From Eledone cirrhosa (Eukaryota), in assembly GCA_964016885.1 (NCBI GenBank), contig OZ024742.1, positions 272,800,001 to 272,864,000 on the forward strand: DNA of 64,000 nucleotides, given 5' to 3'. A program made the translations under genes and the position numbers. Below the pieces are notes generated by a model, which worked only from the letters and a program-made list of their open reading frames with translations, searched no databases and was not told the origin of the DNA. Positions 39,071-53,551 of the stretch are shown here, piece after piece. Every line of letters begins with the position of its first letter. Position 1 is the stretch's first letter.

Positions 39071-39674
39071 AGTGGAGAGCGCTAAGTTGATATCTTACTT
39101 CATTAACAAATACGGACCCCGTCTAAACACTTCTCCCTAAGACGAACCCACAACATACACACGTCAACATACATACCTACATCTGCACACATCTCTACCC
39201 ACATATAAACAAAATGACATACGTAAACACACATGCTCTATGGTGCAACACAAAAAAAATATATGTGCATATATATGTGTATATATATGTATATATGTAT
39301 ATATATATGTATATGTATATAGTGAATATATCTATGTGTGTATATATATATAGTGAATATCATTTCACACCTTTTATTGTTAAGATTGTTGATGTTCTAT
39401 TAAGAGAACCGATTTTACTGAAAAAATCGAATAATGTACATCATTTTACCAGGGGGAAAAAAATACTGGTCCACCCACACACACACACACACACACACAT
39501 ATATACACACATACACACGCGTACATCAACATACAAAGAGACTTATATACACACACACACACGCACTTCTCCGTATAAGACAAAAGCTGAAAAATATCTT
39601 TTGACATGCTAAAATACCCCCATTGCTTTCAGACACATTCTTACTGACCATCCCTGCCACCACGAATTACTCTG

Positions 39675-39742
<68 letters not shown>

Positions 39743-40163
39743 ATCTCAATAGCCATTTGACACACATTGCTGCTAACCATTATCACAACATCGAACACCT
39801 TACTACTACTACTACTACTACACACACACACACACACACACACATATTTGTTGTGAAAGAGTCATTTCTCAATCTTGGCAAAAACCAATTTTTTTATTCA
39901 CATGACCTCTACCGACCAATCAAAATTGTTTTGACCACAAGAATTGTTGCTGAAGCCACTTTTTTAACATAAAAACAGTCTTGACGCAAAATCAATTTTT
40001 TACACTCACATGACCTCTACCGACCAATCAAAATTGTTTTGACCACAAGAAATTTTGTAACACCAAAGTAACGCTGGAGCCACTTTTTTAACATAAAAAC
40101 AGGTAGAATTCCCCAAACTAATCAGATCAGAGCAAACAGCACGGACACTCTATCTCAAAATTA

Positions 40164-40200
40164 TTTTTGAAAAGCATTTAGAAATGCGCAACCGGTAAAA
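40164..40200 (+). ncRNA. Variant hammerhead (U3-A8 core, GCAA in place of GAAA)
   Basis: ttt-TTGAAAA-gcatttagaaatgc-GCAA-ccgg-TA-aaa; context homologous to 53687. Confidence 0.5.
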
Positions 40201-40318
40201 ACTTAAAATCTTAAAACCACAACTGAATACTAACCCATACAATCACTAATACTCTTTTATTCCTAATTAAACCATTTTTCAACTGTGAACAATTTGTCAG
40301 CATTTTCTATTCCGTTTA

Positions 40319-41687
<1,369 letters not shown>

Positions 41688-41889
41688 GTTCAAGAGTAAC
41701 CAATCTTAAAGAGAGAGATGGAGATAGTAGAGGAGATATGAGAGGAGAGAGTGATGAGTTAGTTAGAAGCCAAAGCGTAAAGGCATGTGCTCCATGTGCA
41801 ATATGCAGTAGAAAACAGCTAGGTGGCTGGGTTCATGCAGAAGTTAGGTGCGCAGAGCTGGAAATGCAAGAACGCACGACACCACATTC

Positions 41890-44500
41890 TGCTGGATCCT
41901 TTTGAGTAAGATCTATTCAACTTCGTCAGGAGCATTAAGTTCAAAAAACATTATAGACACAAGAATAACTTCCTCACTACATTAGCAACAACTGTAACAA
42001 CATTTAAAGATAGCAACCTATTACATGTTATGTCTGACAAAACTAAAAATCTATACACCATGACTCCTGATACTTACAACTCCTTCCTTCTTAAAGAACT
42101 CAATAAAAACTATAAAAAAAACTACATCCTCCAGTGTAAACGTACTTAACCGAAAAGCCCAAGCTTTGGTTAAGTACTTGCATCTGGACAGATTAACCCA
42201 CTCTTATGTACCAACAACCCCAAGGTTCTCTCTCAAGGATCACAAGCCAAACTTTATAGAGAGCGCATCCATTAGACTCATAAGCCCAACCACATCTGAC
42301 CTGGGCCGCATCAGTAAGAACATTCCTGGTCTACGGGATGATACCACCTACAAGTTGTGGTCCAACACCGGCCAAGTCATCAGATGGTTCTCTGATCTAA
42401 GGTCCAAGCAATCTATGAGGTTCATCCAATTTGACATAGACAGCTATTACGCGTCAATAACCCCGGAACTGCTCAACAAAGCATTGGCCCTAGCCACTAC
42501 CAACTCTGACATAACAAATAATGAGATTAACATCATACTTATGGCTAGGCAGACTATCATTGAATTCAACGGAGCACTCTGGACTAGAAAAGATAGAACA
42601 GACAACTTTGACATTACGATGGGCTCAAGTGACTCCGCGCAAATCACCGATTTAGTTGGGATTTACCTATTACGTAACATCAGAGCCGAAATCCAACCCA
42701 TGCAAGGCGGAATATACAGGGACGACGCTCTATTTGCGGTCCACAATTGCACTAATCGGCGAATCGATTTGCTAAAGAAACAATTACATAGATTCTTCAA
42801 AAATAACGGTCTCTCTATCACCATCGAGCCGAACCATAAAGTAATAAACTTCCTAGACGTCCCCCTGGATCTCAACAATAACCTTTATAACCCTTACCAT
42901 AAACCAGGTGAAATACTCACATATATTAGGCAACACTCTAACCACCCACCGACAGTCATCAGAGCAGTAATCAATTCTATCTCCTATAGGATCTCAATGC
43001 TATCAGCAAATGAGGAGATATTTATAAACCACGCACAATATTATAATAAGGCTCTCTCCGAATCTGGTTATAAACAATCAATTTATTACATACCTAAATG
43101 CCATAACACAGCAATTCACCATAATAAACTTAACACTAGAACTAGAAATACCTTATCATATAGCCAGATTCGCCGGAATTTTAGCAGTAACAGCACCTAT
43201 ACAGGGAACTTTAATGGTGGCAGCGGCCTGCTCCCCACTCCAAGTAGCAAACTAAAAATCAACTCTAGAATAGGAATGAGAAATGGGATGACAAATAACA
43301 AATCCCCAGGTAATAATAACTCTAGGAAGGCCCCTACCAACTTCACTAGAACCCCTAGAAGGAATAGACCTAGAAATATCACCTGGCTCAACCCCCAATT
43401 CCATCTAATCTAGCCACTAATATCCCCAAACGCTTCTTCTCTATCCTATCGACCCCCCCCCCCAACCATATATATTACAAATTATTTAATAAAAATAACG
43501 TTAAAATCTCATTCTCCACAACACGTAACCTAGCTAGCCACATCGCGTTTAGTAACCATCATAAGCTAATACAGTATAACTCCCACACCGCGGTGCCACC
43601 ACCCCTATCAAATACACCACGCCACTACACCAGTAATTACTTTAGTAGCACACCTCCCCCATCTAATCCTTCTAGCACGGACCTACCGCTTAGGTTAAAC
43701 AACCCTACTCTCACTAACCGCAGAAGCAACTGCAACTGCCGTTACCGCAAAGCATGCCCATTAAATGGACACTACCTGACACCCAACATAGTCTATAGGT
43801 GCACGTCTGAGACTGCTTCGAATATCAGCTCTTATATCGGGTCTGCCTCTAACCCTTTTAAGGTACGCTATAACGCGCACTCTTTTTCCTTCCGAGACCC
43901 TAGCAACTGGTGTTCGACATCGCTAGCTAGACTCATTAAAAACCTTAAATTAAACGTTCAACACTCACTAAAATGGGATATCGTGGATAGGGCCCAACAA
44001 GTCAATGGACAAAAAAAATATTTTGATCTTTGTATTACGGAAGCAAATTACATAACTCTATCACGACCTCTACCAATTAACGATAGAACGGAGGTAACCA
44101 TTAGCTGTCAACATCGAAGGGCTAATTCCTACGCCAATAGAATGTTTGACGCAACTTAGTCATGTAGCCCCATTTTTACTTGTAGCTAATAAATTATATT
44201 GCTATGAACAACTCGATAATTATAAGTTACCTCCCCTACATTGTCTGTCAATTAAACATATTTTAAAATTAACACTTAACTATAAACACCCACAATTTCT
44301 AATCTCTCGTGAAGTTACTTCCCCTGAAACCACCCTCTAATTAGTAAGGTAAATATGCCCTTTGGCAGCCATCTTGTTACCCATAGGCAGATCTCACACA
44401 ATGCAGCCTCGACAGATGAATACTGGTTGATTATGGCTGACAACTGATGCAACCAATACACCAAAGTAAAAACCAATATATGGAACATTATGTTATGTAA
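41890..44500 (+). mobile_element. Naiad-type PLE, nearly complete RT plus GIY-YIG, frameshifted
   Basis: ORF 42166-43413 (LKDHKPNF, FDIDSYY, FDITMGSSDSAQ, GGIYRDD, NFLDV, SNHPP, WLNP) and ORF 43593-44159 (CNCR..CPL, YIGS..FKVRYNAH). Confidence 0.9.
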
Positions 44501-44502
44501 CA

Positions 44503-44628
44503 TTTACGATCTCAGTTCAAATCCCGTCGAGGTTGACTTTGCCTTTCATCCTTACGGGGTCAATAAAATAAACTACCAGTAATGCACTGGTAAATTGCTG
44601 GCCTTGTGCCTAAAGTAGAAACAATTAT
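44503..44628 (+). mobile_element. 5'-truncated SINE with TSD
   Basis: ttatgtaacatt on both sides. Confidence 0.88.
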
Positions 44629-44915
44629 ATTATGTAACATTATCCCATTATTTTAATTTATATTCCTTTGAAGTCCGATGACCACTCTGTTTTTTAAATA
44701 TGTTAATTATTTTCAACTGAACCAGATCAATTATGATATATAGTCATCTGATCCAGAAATATCATATGGAGTAGCGAGACAATTGTAAACGGATATTATT
44801 ATTATTAATATTATTATTATTATTCTCTACATTCCTTACATCAAACTAAAATATGTTGACAATCTTTTAATAATGTCTTCCTTGTGAAATTTGTGGTCTT
44901 GTTTTGCTTAACTAA

Positions 44916-45010
<95 letters not shown>

Positions 45011-45105
45011 GTAGAACACTGGAAGGTATTATCCGTAGTGGTAGAGCACTAAGTCCATGGGACGAGTTAGGTAGAAATAGTTACACAACAGTTAGTTCAC
45101 CATAC

Positions 45106-45143
45106 CGAGAACAATTGTTTCACCATAGTGGATCCTCAGCTCG
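45106..45143 (-). ncRNA. Minimal type I hammerhead
   Basis: Minus strand: cgag-CTGAGGA-tccactatggt-GAAA-caattg-TT-ctcg. Confidence 0.75.
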
Positions 45144-45150
45144 TAATGTG

Positions 45151-45188
45151 CGAGCTGAGGATACGCTAAGGTGAAACAATTGTTCCCG
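45151..45188 (+). ncRNA. Minimal type I hammerhead, mutated stems
   Basis: cgag-CTGAGGA-tacgctaaggt-GAAA-caattg-TT-cccg. Confidence 0.55.
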
Positions 45189-45228
45189 GGGTATGGTGAA
45201 CTAACTGATGTTTAACCACTTATATATA

Positions 45229-45344
<116 letters not shown>

Positions 45345-45371
45345 TCAAGTGAGAATATTTTCGAAATATAT

Positions 45372-45399
<28 letters not shown>

Positions 45400-45402
<3 letters not shown>

Positions 45403-46045
45403 AACATGAGAAGAATGAATACTGCGTGGTTTCACATGGGTTACATATGTTAAAAATAGTCCTTCATCAGTGATTTTCCAACCTTCATTGGTTTTTCATC
45501 GCTTTAAAAATCATATATCCAGTTGGTGCGAGCAATAGCTAAATAAAGTTATTGGGACAAGTAAATCGCGTAAAGCGAGCGAGACAAGTAAACAAGCATA
45601 GAAGGATTGCAACGCAAAGATAAGAAAAAAACAAGCACATGGGAGTCCAATCAGCTTAAGCTGTGTGGATTTCATGAGCGAAAGAACACAGACCCGGTGT
45701 GAGTAAGAAAGGACACCACTTTAGGCCAAACGGGAGGAAGTGAGAAGGGGAGAAGCAGAGAGTGAGTGAGTGGAAGTGCGAGGAAGAGGCCAGTCGAGAG
45801 AAAGTGTAACTGACAGAGGGGGCGAAAGAAGGTGAGAGAAAAAGAGAGAGGGTGGAAGCAGTAAGAGACAAACAGACAAACGCAGCTGGGGAAAAATATA
45901 TATATAAAAACATGAGAAGAATGAATACTGCGTGGTTGAACATATGATAAAAATAGTCCTTCATCAGTGATTTTCCAACCTTCATTGGTAATTCATCGCT
46001 TTAAAAATCATATACCTCCGGTTGGGGCGAGAAATAGCTAAATAT
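45400..46045 (-). repeat. ~140-bp direct repeats ~506 bp apart with decayed HHR cores (old pLTR/retrozyme-like unit)
   Basis: aaacatgagaagaatgaatactgcgtgg at about 45402 and 45908. Minus-strand cactgatgaaggact is present but stem II/GAAA is not intact. Confidence 0.55.
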
Positions 46046-46778
46046 ATATAAATATGATGAAATGACAGTTGATAATAACATTGAAATATTGAATGTCTGC
46101 ATAACTAATACTTTGTAGATAGCAGCTGTTTTCAGGTTATGTAACTGTTATTGAAACACGTGTCAATAAATTCCTTTTAACTAAACTGTATCCATTTAAA
46201 TCCTTCTCTCTCTATATATATATATATACTGAAATGGAATAGACTATGGTTCATCAGTGCATGCAAGACTATACATTCCAGCCTACTCTAAGAGAATCTA
46301 AAGCGACCGTCCAGCTACACGCGGCAGAGAGTCGTCACAGCGTGTTTAGAGCAGTGAACCAGTGGTATCTGAGGGTCGATCTGCTAGAAAGGACACCCCC
46401 ATACCACTCAAAGGAGTGTGCTCAACCAAACAGAGAGAGGGGAAAGACTGTTATCAGAAGCGAAATATCACAATAAATTAACGGAGCCATAGACTATCGT
46501 TATTCCCTGTTAATAATGTGCTCAAGGTGCGTATATACATTTTAATTTATATTTTTAATTATTGTGTGTCTACCCTGCGTTCTAGATTATAGATTCCATA
46601 CACTTGTGGTCTTGCCTGTTTTATTGATGGCACATATCTCTCACTAGTGTGATACCTTTTCAACATATTGTATTTTATATATATATATATACATATTTAT
46701 ATATATATATACATATGAAGACAAACATAGAATATTCGAAAATATTCTGTATGTTTATAATAAACATTTTGAAGACCT

Positions 46779-46835
<57 letters not shown>

Positions 46836-46877
46836 GTATATATATATATATATATATATAAATATATATATATATAC

Positions 46878-46964
<87 letters not shown>

Positions 46965-46984
46965 GAAAATTAGATGAAGTCGAA

Positions 46985-49900
46985 AAGGAACCAAATAAAT
47001 ATTCTTAAAAACACTCCAGTTGCATGTTCGACTTCATCTTTTTTCCTTATACAGTCACTCGTGAAAACAAGAAACCTTACTTTCCAATATATACCCACCA
47101 CACGAGGCCAGAAAATCCCACCGAAGTCTCAACAAAACTAGAACTCACTGAACCAGAACATCTTAAATGAACTCAAAGAGATTTCCTTCAAAGTTTCAAC
47201 TTTGACCAACAAAGTGGACCAAATACATATATATACAAAACGACCCCATGAAGAAGCAGAAAATAACCAAGAGACGAATATTACTCCAGCATTAACTAAA
47301 CTAATCAAAATCATTGAAACAGCAATGCTCCAAACGCTGGAACAACCATTAGAACCCAATCTACGAGATGTCCACTCAGAGAAAAACACCCTAATCAATA
47401 TATGAACTCAAAAGCTCACATCCCGCAAATTCGCCGTTTGGAATCTCCTACAAAATAAAGGCACGGTACATATATATGAAAAGTGGCTAAACTCTACACC
47501 AATCATCCCCCCCCCCCAAACAACTCCAAATAAAACCTATCCCGAATGAACCAGAAAACCAACAAAATCTTATGGAAAAGATGGCCTTAGAAAAGTCTAA
47601 AATAGAAATAGAACTGTTGCGGCTAAGAGCCAACTCCAACGTAGAAAAATTCAAGTCACTTGACCAACAGATGGAAACAGAAATGTCAAGGCACTCTGAA
47701 GGCCTACTCTATGAAAAAACCTTGAAACTTTCGAAAGAAAATTGTGAGGATGAAGAACTATCATCCCTCCAGCGATGGGGAGTAAACGCCACCTGGTTCA
47801 ATAGCTACGAAATTGATTTCAAAAATGAACAGCATACAGGTAACCCATTTTTAAAACAAACTAAAAGTCACACACCACACTTACAACAAATAACCAAAAA
47901 ACTAACAAAACGTCCAACATACCCCCATTAAAACTATGACAAAAATCCCAGAACCCATAGACAAAACTATAACCGTACTAAAAAAAACGAATGTCCCCCA
48001 ACACAAGACGGGACCCGATACGCAGATCACAACCCACACAAAACCTATTCCAAATCCGTAGACCCCAACCCACACAGAACCTGTTCCAAAATCGTAGATC
48101 CCAACCCACACAGAGGAACAAGATTTACAACCCGGACCATCAACATACCGAGCGTCAATACGGCCGAAACTTCTATACAAAACCACACAACAGGGAAAAT
48201 GCCACTAGATATAATATCACCCATGAAAAAAATTCAGAAAAATCATTTTTTAGACCAAGGCTACAGGACCCACGACACCCGGTGGCACAAACCGATTTTG
48301 AAAATCCGAAAATAATAAACCTTTCAAATAAAAAACTTCTCAGCGCAACATATTAAAATTCTCTCCAAAGGACTGAAATTCACACCAACACCACAATACT
48401 CTAACCTCAATGAGATAAATGACGATATCTCACACATCTGTAGAAAATTACGTCTCACAGAGGAATATTTTGACAAGGAGAATAACGACGAATCAATTGT
48501 ACGGAATAAAAGCAGCTACAACCCAACAAAGGGGAGGAACAGAGTTCAGGAAAAATGTTGTGACCACATAGTAATTTTCCCATACCATGAACTACCGTAA
48601 CCAAATCCCAAACCAAACACGAGTCGAAGGGAATGGGAGATTATCCATAAACGAAAAAACAATACTGACATTGTAATTAAAGAACCGGACAAGAGAAGTA
48701 CTGTCGCCATTATATATGCTCAACAATATAAAAATTCTATGTTCTCTCTCTTACAAGACACTAACTACTATGAAAGAGTAAAAAACTACCAGCAATCAAA
48801 AACGATGACCAGATTAAACACATTCATTTGTCGAAACCAGGAAGACTTGATTAAGAAGGAACGCGATTATTTAACACATTTTGAATAAAAAGCCAGCAGC
48901 ATTTACGGACTTCCGAAGATCCACAAGTGTAAAATAATTAACGATGCCTGTAAACAATCCACCTCAATCTGCGTGAACACACAATACCCCACTGATCTTA
49001 AATTAAGACCAATTATAGTGGGCTCATAATGTGAAACATACAGACTAAGCAACATTATAGATATAGTACTAAAACCAATTCTCAAACACATACCAAGCCT
49101 TGTAAGAGACGATCTGGACCTTTTAAACCACCTCCCCAAACATGTCAACAACGACACTATTATTGAGTCTTTCAATGTAGTGAATCTCTACACAACGATC
49201 CCACACCAATACGGACTAGATGCAATAGGATCCTGGCTAGGGAAATATCCCAATGAGATACCTGACAGAAAAGAAAAATGCTTCATCACCGAGGGATTAA
49301 AATTTACATAACAACTTTTTTTATTTCGATGGCAGCACTTGCAAGCAAATATCGGGGACTGCAATGGGTACAAAAGTCGCTCCATCGTATGCTAACTTAG
49401 TCATGGAATACTTGGAAGTCCAGATATATTAATACTCCAAATCAAAATACGGATTGAAATTCCACAAATATTTATTAGAGAATTGGACACGCTACTTGGA
49501 TGATTGTCTTATTCTTTGGACTCACACCCTCGACCAAATAAATGATTTCAAAACCACATGCAATTCACAATGGAATACGGCCAAGATCAATTCCAGTTTC
49601 TGGACATCTTAATCATAAAAAAGACACACATATTGAAACTGATATACACTACAAACAAACAGATTCCAAACAATACCTCTATTCACCTTCGACCATCCAA
49701 AGCACACGAAGACGAACATAACTTTTAACCTAGCAAGAAGAATTTGCACAAGTGTCTCCAATTATGAAACGCGAAATAAAAGACTACAAGAATTAAAGGA
49801 AATTCTGCGCGAAAGACAGTAACACCATTACTAATAAATAATGGAATAGAAAGGGCTAAAGCAATAGACATTGATGAATTACGAAAAGAGAAACAAATCC

Positions 49901-51320
49901 AAGGTACGTCCATCATTCTATCATATATCTCAACACACAACCCAAGAAATGTGGAAGCTTACAACATTATTCACAAGAACAACCCTCTATAGAAACAAGA
50001 CCCAAGACGGAAAAAAGCCCTTGAAAAACACAAAATAAACAAAAGCAAAAGACAACCGAAATCACTAAAAACTTTACTCACCAATACCAAATTACCTACC
50101 ACAAACCCACATCCAACTGTCAAAAAATGTGCTCGCTCTAATTGTTGAACCTGCAATCACCTCATTGAAGGCATCATGTATAGATTTCAATCAGGACAAC
50201 ATTTTGTTAAAAAAATCACTTCAATTGCTCATCAAAAAATTTATTTTATACCATTAAATGTAAAGGATGTAATGAAGATTATATAGGACAAACTAAACTC
50301 ATAGTCAGAAACAGAATGACAATTCATCGCCAACAATTACGAGACCCTTACACAAGACAGATACCACTCAGTGCACATCTAGACATATGCGCAAGTGATG
50401 AGATACCGAAATTACAATTCTTCCCATTCTATCTTTGCGCTGACAATACAACAGAATAAATAATGAAAATATGTTTATTCAAAAATATAGACCAGCATTA
50501 AATATAGTTTAATATACATTATGTTACCACCTTAACATGGTAACCATCCAAACAGACACATAGATACACACACACATATAACACCTATATTCGAAAATAA
50601 AAACCAGAGCTAAATAAACATTAACATACGTTAATACTCTAACACCTTAGCATGCTAACCATACTCCCCCCTACACCCAGATAGCTCCCTCCCCCATTTT
50701 TGCTAATACACACACACACTAATAGATATTCTCTCGATCTTAACGTGCTAACCATATTCCCACACAAATATATAACACCCATACACACACACACACATAA
50801 CTCACCCCCCACTTCTACTAATATAATCATTTTCCTACGTACACACACACACACCAGCACACAAATAAAAATACATTCCTCTAATTTCTTTATTTCAATA
50901 GAAATTCTGAATTTTGACACCTCAGCACATCAGCCATACTCACTGAACTAGAACAATTCTAACGATCCCTTTTTTCTTGACCATTATCTTTTGTTTGGCA
51001 CTGGCAATTCTCTAAATGGCTACCGACAAATTCCCAAATACGGGTGCGATATTTAATGTACTTCTTCACGTGACAGTCATAATTTCATCTATAATCAAAT
51101 TACATTTATAAAAAAAGAATTTTGAGCCACATATTTAAGTAAAAAGAAACTCAAACACAAACTGGCGCGAAAGTTGATGTGCTTATTAACGTGACTGCAT
51201 CAACCAACAAAATTGCACTCATATTTGAGAAAAAAATCCCCCCCCCCCCCCCCATTTCTTTTAAGGCAGGTATAATAAGAACTTTGTAACGCCAAATGGC
51301 GCGAAATTTATTATACTAAC
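46985..51320 (+). mobile_element. Full-length but decayed Neptune-type PLE
   Basis: IINLS..LSKGLKFTPTP near 48310-48395, YGLPKIHK, RYLDDCF near 49490, KCARSNC*TC, YIGQT; 3' UTR homologous to 40360-41590. Confidence 0.88.
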
Positions 51321-51427
51321 TAGCAGAAAAACTGCTCGAGCGCGGTTTTCTGCTAGCATATGTAGTATGCATATTGGTATTATACGCAAATATATATGCA
51401 TATAAATTGAAAAGTAAATTGACAATA

Positions 51428-52060
51428 TCTTCTTCACCCACTTATTTCTGAGAGGGTCGTGGGGGCAGAGTCCTTCTCTGCGTGTCTGTCAGTAGCAAAC
51501 ATCTGTAACTTATCCAGCTGGATCCCAAAGCGTGACCAGCCAAGCTCATGGATGTTATCCAACTATCTTGCTGAGGGTCTACCTCTGGGTCTCTAGCCAG
51601 TTAGTTTGGCCTGTAAAATGTGTTCAGCGATTCTTTCCCGAGACATTCTAACCACATGCTCATAATATCGGTGTTGTGATCTTTCAATTCGGACAAGTAG
51701 TGGCTCTACCAGGAGTGACTCTCTGGTCTCTGAGTTCTACACTGTATCGAGTAACGTTACTCCAAAGACCCTTCGGAAGTATCTCATTTCTGCCAATTTA
51801 TTTGCAATTGTATACTTTTGGTCATTACTCAAGATTCATGATCGTCGGTAAGAATTGGCAGAAATACCAGGAAAACAGCAAGTATGGCTTTTACACCCCC
51901 CTCCTTCATCTGATTGCTGAGGCTGGTGCTTTACTGCATCAGCTTTTGCACTTCTTGCACTTAATTCAGTCTCCTGCATTGTATCACTCATGAACACGGC
52001 TCCAAGACACTTGAACCTCTCTAATTGCTTCAATAGAACTCCATTCACATTTATATAAAT
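51428..52060 (-). mobile_element. RTE-clade LINE 3' fragment
   Basis: INVNGVLLKQLERFKCLG, (GAA)n-like tail; homologous to 24016-24530. Confidence 0.75.
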
Positions 52061-52254
52061 TTGAGGGACTTCTGTCCACCCGTCTATCACGCAATGTGTA
52101 TGTGTGTTTGTGTGAATGTATTTCTGTGTAAAAGGAAGGAAAGGGATACACACATATGTCTCTAATTTAAAAACAGTGACACAAACACACACATGTGTCC
52201 CTAAATTAAGAACGCCGACAAACGCACGCGCGTGCACATACACACAACGTCTTA

Positions 52255-52945
52255 TTACCACCCAAGAGCGTTAGCCCGGGCAAACATCCATCAATTTTGG
52301 AACCGTCTGGGTTATCCTGAATTGATGAGAAACTTGACGGTCTTACTCTATGATCCTAGTCATGAGGCAGGTGCCTGACATGGAACGTCACAGTTAGTGA
52401 CTCTTTTGCTTCTTTCCACATCCTGGATGCAGCGGTAAGGGCTAGAGCTACAGCATCCGCAGCTGAACAGAACAAAATCCTAAGATACCGTGTTCTGTCA
52501 GCTAAATATATTATCCACCTTGTGGTGTTCGAGACGTTTGGGCGAGTCGGGCTACTGACAGCGAAATTCTTTACTTTACTGGCGGCTCGCCATACAGAGG
52601 TAACTGGTGATGCTCTTGAGGGCACTTAGTTGTGTCCAGCACCTCACCCTCGTCATGACCCCAAGTAACTCTGCGAGCGTGTTGGCCTGCCTCAAAAATT
52701 ATTAGAGAGGTTCCCCAATGCTACTCGCTATATTACTATCTTCTGCGCTGGTAACGGTACATTTTTCCACCATTTCGTCTGCATTTTGTTCTATGGGTCT
52801 ACGATGTGGGTATTTTGTGCTTGTGTATTTTTTCTCTTTCTTTTTTTCCTTTCCCTTTCCTTTGTATATATTATATTTTTTAGTGTTTTCGTTATGTAAC
52901 CATTACATTAAATGAGTTTTAAAAAAAGAGTTAATAAATAAATAA
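52255..52945 (+). mobile_element. CRE-clade 3' fragment (RLE domain plus 3' UTR)
   Basis: LEPSGL..DGLTL, CLTWNVTVSDS, AAEQNK..Y, VVFETFG. Confidence 0.7.
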
Positions 52946-53551
52946 AACGTTATACTTGTTTCACCCTCCCATCTCCAGTTCACCGAACGCGATAATGACT
53001 ATATGTGTCTGTTTGTGTAAATGTATATGTGTGAATGTATGTATGTTTGTGTAAATGTATATGTGTGAATACATGTGTATTTGTGTGAAAGTATGTGTGA
53101 ATGTATGTATATTTCTGTGAAAGTATGTGTATTTGGGTGAATTATGTCCCTGAGAGTGTATTTTTATAAGTTTCTGTTGGCGCGATTATAGTTATATACT
53201 CATAATAGTTATATACTCATCCATATAGATGTCATCGTGTTGAAAGTCATAACCTCTCTATCTCTCTGATCACACACTCTCTCTTTCTATATATATATAT
53301 GGTAGTTGAAGTAGCATTGGTGCCGACGATATATCGGAAGTGAAACTTTGAAAAGAAGTCAATTTGGAATTATTTATTTTTACGAAATTGAGTACATAAA
53401 TTATGTAATATTCATTCATTATTTATTCAAAGTAATGAATGAATATTACATATTTATTCAAAGTAATCCAACTTCTTTTACAAACGGGATAAACAAAAAA
53501 TAAGCCGTACGCAATCCCGCAGACCTTCCTTTATTATAGTTTAGATTCACT

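Larger units (their letters stand above)
36017..40327 (-). mobile_element. 5'-truncated Neptune-type PLE flanked by ~1.25-kb inverted copies of its own 3' end
   Basis: 36017-37308 is the reverse complement of about 39096-40327. The coding core lies between them. Both outer ends are in (TA)n context. Confidence 0.92.
45089..45207. repeat. Imperfect palindrome made of two head-to-head hammerheads
   Basis: Arms meet across a 7-nt spacer (taatgtg, 45144-45150). Flanked by (TA)n. Confidence 0.85.

Noticed and set aside
44410-44470. SECIS or HHR at the Naiad 3' end (cagatgaatactggttg...caaccaatac)
   Set aside because: Helix spacing is wrong for a SECIS. As an HHR the core is mutated and GAAA is absent.
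46240-46262. Minus-strand CTGATGA
   Set aside because: No downstream GAAA/stem III before the (TA)n tract.
50120-50160. In-frame TGA within the Neptune zinc knuckle (KCARSNC*TC)
   Set aside because: It aligns with Gly in the other Neptune copy (NCGIC), not Cys, in an element with many other stops.
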